From Thraustochytrium aureum (Eukaryota), in the NCBI GenBank assembly GCA_012862495.1, contig BLSG01000387.1, positions 179,188 through 204,747 on the forward strand: a stretch of DNA of 25,560 bases, written 5' to 3'. Positions 21,393 through 25,560 of this stretch are shown one piece after another. The notes beneath the pieces are model-generated. The model made no database searches and had not been told where the DNA came from. It worked only from the letters and a program-made list of their open reading frames with translations. Every line of letters begins with the position of its first letter. The stretch's first letter is position 1. The translations under genes and the position numbers were made by a program.

Positions 21393-22058
21393 GATCTTGG
21401 GTCTGAGCTTTGATCTCCAGCTGTCCGCTAGAGTTATTCGTTGAGCGGGGCGAAGCGGACGGACAGTAGGGCAGGCGCGGAACCTACACCACAACTTGAA
21501 GCTCAAGCAGGTTGCTCAGCAGCCAAAAGGTGCACATACTGCCACGAAATTGTCGGGCCTCGTACTCCACGAGTTAATACTGGAGCTCTAGAGCTGCTCA
21601 AACTCCACAAGCAACCCATGCGGCTGCGAGCATTCTTCGGCGCCTCGCTGAGCCAGTTCCTGCCAACGCCGAGAACGCGCCGAAACGACACTCCAGAGCA
21701 AACCGCGTTTGACATGATCACCGCTTGAGCACCAGGAATGCACTGTGCCCGGTGTTCAACCGCGGCTGGCCGACACGCGGCTAGATGCCTTCCTCGGACG
21801 TCGCAACGGACACTCGGACTACTGATCCATCCTCCTGTGCTGTGGTCGGACGAAGTCGTCGTGTGTACGGTGTCCGTTTGGCGTCATGGCCTTCGACAAT
21901 GCGGCTTTGTCAGGGCGCCAAAGGCCGTCCGCCTGAGACAGCAACGAGGGCAGCGCGTGCGTGCCGCTGGGGAGAGGATCAACTGCGCGAGCGGTGCAAG
22001 CTGACTACAGCTCTTGGGAGGTTGGCTCACGGTTGGGCACATTGTAGGCGCCTGAAGG

Positions 22059-23216
22059 ATGTCGCTCGTTGACCTCAAGGCGGTCCTTGGTGACGTCGGT
22101 GAGACCGCGCCAGCCGCAAGCCGCCTGGGCGATGCCGTCTTTCTCCAGGGCGAGGCTCGGATGCTTGCGAGCAGTCCCCGCAAAGCCCTGGAGATGACTG
22201 CTTGTTCGGCGTGGGTCCCGGTTCGCTTTGCTGTATCGCGCAATGGCACGATCAAGGTCGATATCGAGGATCGCGCGAAACGCGAAGAATTTGCCGCCCC
22301 GGTCGGGTTTGCCGTCCCGCTAGACGTTTCCACAAGCCGTGCTGTCGCAATCTTCAGCCAAGCGCTGGACTCCACGATTATTCTCGAGTGCGTGGAGCAA
22401 ACTCAGCGCGACCAGCTCGTCCGCTGGGCAGAGTCTCGCTCTCGAGAGGTCTTGGGTGATACAGTCTCCAGGGCCAAGCACGAGGCTGCAGCGGAGATTC
22501 TTCCGCAACTCGAGCGCGAGGTCTCTCGCTTTGTCGCAGCTCAGACACAACTCGGTCGCATTCTCAACGAGCCAGGGAAAATCAACGCCCTCAACCCGCT
22601 GTCAACTCCGAAAAAGACAATGCAGGGAGCGCTGCGCCTGTGCTATCTGGACCGCGTCAAAGGGCATGAACACTTGATGCAGGTCTACTGCTGCACAGAC
22701 GACACAAGGCTTTATATTTTCAAGAGCAGTTTGCAGGCTGAGCTCCCAGATGCCTCCATTTCCCTGGAAGGCGCGCACATTTCAATCTCCGGCAACGGTG
22801 CCAACGGAGACTTTCGCTTCTGTGTCGACACCGCCTTGCATTGCGTGGAGTTTCAAGCCCTGCACGCGACCTCCTGCAACGCGTGGGTTGCCAAACTTGG
22901 CGCGCAACGAGCCAGGGGGACCGCAACGCGCTGCCCTGAAGACCTGCGTGAAACTCTGCACCACAGAGACGGACGCGCCGCGCTTCGCACGTACCTCGAG
23001 GACCTCGAGGAAGAGAACGTGCTTGAGTTTTACATCCGGGCAAGGCTGCACCAGCGGTTGTGCCAAAGGTTGGAACGACAAGCTGCCGCTGCACGGCGAA
23101 ACGGCGACGAGTCAGAGCACTGCAGCGACAGCGCCGAGAAGAGCGCGCGTTCTTCGCTCGCAAGCAGTGACGACGACGAAAGCGCCGACGACGACCAGCC
23201 GGGCGGAGCGGTGCGA
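22059..23216 (+). CDS. PH-domain and RGS-domain protein (5' part; 3' end lies in the gap)
   Basis: ATG at 22059, open to the gap. PH-like MQGALRL...QVYCCTDDTRLYIFKS...PDASISLEGAHI...FRFCVDT...VEFQA....CNAWVAKL (~22611-22901). A weaker N-terminal PH-like unit. RGS-like start DLRETLHHRDGRAALRTYLEDLEEENVLEFY (~22941-23035). Confidence 0.75.
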
Positions 23217-23868
23217 NNNNNNNNNNNNNNNNNNNNNNNNNNNNNNNNNNNNNNNNNNNNNNNNNNNNNNNNNNNNNNNNNNNNNNNNNNNNNNNNNNNN
23301 NNNNNNNNNNNNNNNNNNNNNNNNNNNNNNNNNNNNNNNNNNNNNNNNNNNNNNNNNNNNNNNNNNNNNNNNNNNNNNNNNNNNNNNNNNNNNNNNNNNN
23401 NNNNNNNNNNNNNNNNNNNNNNNNNNNNNNNNNNNNNNNNNNNNNNNNNNNNNNNNNNNNNNNNNNNNNNNNNNNNNNNNNNNNNNNNNNNNNNNNNNNN
23501 NNNNNNNNNNNNNNNNNNNNNNNNNNNNNNNNNNNNNNNNNNNNNNNNNNNNNNNNNNNNNNNNNNNNNNNNNNNNNNNNNNNNNNNNNNNNNNNNNNNN
23601 NNNNNNNNNNNNNNNNNNNNNNNNNNNNNNNNNNNNNNNNNNNNNNNNNNNNNNNNNNNNNNNNNNNNNNNNNNNNNNNNNNNNNNNNNNNNNNNNNNNN
23701 NNNNNNNNNNNNNNNNNNNNNNNNNNNNNNNNNNNNNNNNNNNNNNNNNNNNNNNNNNNNNNNNNNNNNNNNNNNNNNNNNNNNNNNNNNNNNNNNNNNN
23801 NNNNNNNNNNNNNNNNNNNNNNNNNNNNNNNNNNNNNNNNNNNNNNNNNNNNNNNNNNNNNNNNNNNN
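23217..23868. other. Assembly gap (N-run) hiding the convergent 3' ends of two genes
   Basis: Run of N; both flanking genes read into it without a stop. Confidence 0.99.
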
Positions 23869-25560
23869 TTCCGCGCCGCGCCGTGAAACTCCCCCGCCGG
23901 GGTCCCAGCAAGAATGGCCTCCCAACGCAAGTCCATGTCGATCAGGTCCAAGGTGGTCACGTCAGGAATGAAGATCTCTGTAATGGCGAGGCCGCAAATG
24001 CCGCACACCGCGCAGACGTAAAAGATGCTCTGCGGCCCGAGGGGCTTGCCGCTGTTGCCGAACGTGAAGAGCAGCGTGGCCGTCAGCGCTCCAAGCTTGC
24101 CCGAGGCAGCCGACAGGCCGTGCGCGACCGTCCTCACTCGCGTCGGGAAGAGCTCGCTGGGCAGGAGCCAGGTCGTCGCGTTGGGGCCGAACTGGCCAAA
24201 GAACGAGCTCAGGTAGTACAGGGCCTGCATGTAGTGGATGTTCGCTGGCGTCGTGAGCGTGTCGTAGGCCACGGCGCCGATGAGGAAGAGCACGAACGTC
24301 ATGGCGAAGCCGATCGTCTGCAGGCGGCGTCGGCCCATCCACGGCTTGTCGACGACGAGGGCGGCGGCGTAGTAGCCCGCCAGCGCAACCGTCGAGTTGA
24401 GCAGGGTCAGCTCGAGCACCGGGATGAGCGTGCTGGACAAGGGGGCAGAGGAGCCACCAGGCACCAGTTGCTGCATGATTGTGGTCTGGAACAGCTTGTT
24501 GCCGTAGAAGACGACGTCCCAGACATACCAGCCCAGAGCGGTGCCCACCATCCGGTGCCAGTACTGTTTGTAGGCCAGTGGCTTGGCCACGGCCCTCTCC
24601 TCGCCGTCCTCGGATTGCTCGTCCTTGTTGGAGGCAGCCTCGAGCTCGCGCTCCTCTTGGCCTTGACCCGGTTTTCAAGCCACACGTCCGACTCTTTGAG
24701 CCACACGAGACGACCGACGACGAGAATGAGCAGAAACACGGCACCGATGGCGTACTGGAGGCGCCACGTGAGCTCGAGGGCAAAGGGGTCGCTGCACTCT
24801 GTCCCAGTGCACCCAGCAAGAAGCAGCACCACGAGGATGATGCACGTGTTCACCCAGTTGCCCCAACCCTGCATGGCGAACACCATCACCACGCGCTTGC
24901 CGCGGACGTGGTGCCCTGGGTTGGACCCGCCTGCGCGGCGCATCGCCTCGGCCTTCTCGGCCGCGCTCGCGGACGCCAGCGGGTACTCGCCCCCCACGCC
25001 GTAGCTGAAAAGGAAGAGCGCGACCGCGAAAAAGGTAAACATGCCCGTCAGGTTGTTGGGGCCGGCGTACGCCGCTGTCGTGAGCGCACCCCCGACAAAC
25101 ATGGTTGCTGCCGTCGTGCAAGAGCCCCATCGGCGGCCGAGGCGGTCCGCTGCGTAGCCAAAGGTGAGCATGCCGAGAATGACGCCGAGCACCTCGACGT
25201 AGGTCAGCGACGAAACGAGCCCGGCGCTGCAAGCAGACTCGTCTTGCTGCAGGCCATGAAAGCACTCGGGGAACAGGATCTCCCAAATGCCCTTGATGTT
25301 TCCGAGCGCAAACAAAAAGTACGACTCGGCAAACATGCCTGCGCCGGCGATCGCTCCAGCGCCACACAGGACCGTGTTGGCTGCGGCGCGCTTGCGGAGC
25401 GACCGCTCTTCGCTCAGGGTTTGCAGGATGGGGCCGCCGCCGCCGCCCATGTTGACGGCCGAGCCAAACATGCCCGCCTGGGCGTCAAAGCTGTCGCGTC
25501 CATCGTCGCTAGTGTCTGACGGGCTCAGCGCGTCGATGCGTCCGCACGCTTCAGGGCCGG
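23869..25560 (-). CDS. MFS phosphate:H+ symporter (PHO84/PHT1/PTA family), with one frameshift near 24650-24676; 3' end in the gap, frame open to the right edge (first in-window ATG 25471)
   Basis: N-half: GMFAESYFLF, ADRLGRR, GVGGEYPLAS, RGKRVVMVFAMQGWG. C-half in another frame: GTALGWYVWDVVFYGNKLFQ, MGRRRLQTIGF, FFGQFGPNATTWLLPSELFPTRVRTVAHGLSAASGKLGA. All are PHS-family motifs. Confidence 0.9.

Noticed and set aside
21393..21506. N-terminal extension of the membrane protein given in the ORF track
   Set aside because: Starts at a non-ATG codon; in a eukaryote the first ATG (21392) is the more likely start.
22059..25004. 981-aa plus-strand ORF, and other track ORFs containing X runs (352..1407, 18349..19089, 22720..23925, 23112..24590 as given)
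   Set aside because: They are fused artificially through N-gaps. The post-gap part of 22059..25004 is just the antisense of the phosphate transporter.

Overview
GC-rich, apparently intron-poor eukaryotic scaffold segment with three N-gaps. Gene content suggests a stramenopile, probably a thraustochytrid/labyrinthulomycete (inference). It carries six protein-coding genes. (1) A CWC24/RNF113A splicing factor on the minus strand, running off the left edge and missing from the ORF track. (2) An intact bacterial-type MutS1/MSH1 with a probable mitochondrial presequence. (3) One ~13.1-kb minus-strand gene (18061->4914), split into three ORFs at homopolymer runs. It encodes a ~4,380-aa 'nonagonal'-type cadherin: signal peptide, C-type lectin, Cys-rich repeats, ~10 cadherin repeats, ~14 IPT/TIG repeats, a Cys-rich stalk, 9 TM helices and a coiled-coil tail. 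One IPT repeat contains an inserted module resembling the animal APCDD1 (Wnt-lipid-binding) domain, the most interesting signal here. (4) An orphan polytopic membrane protein. (5) A PH-PH-RGS protein truncated by a gap. (6) A PHO84/PHT1-family MFS phosphate transporter with a frameshift. All reading-frame breaks coincide with mononucleotide runs, which points to sequencing error rather than recoding. No RNA genes, CRISPR arrays or mobile elements are supported.
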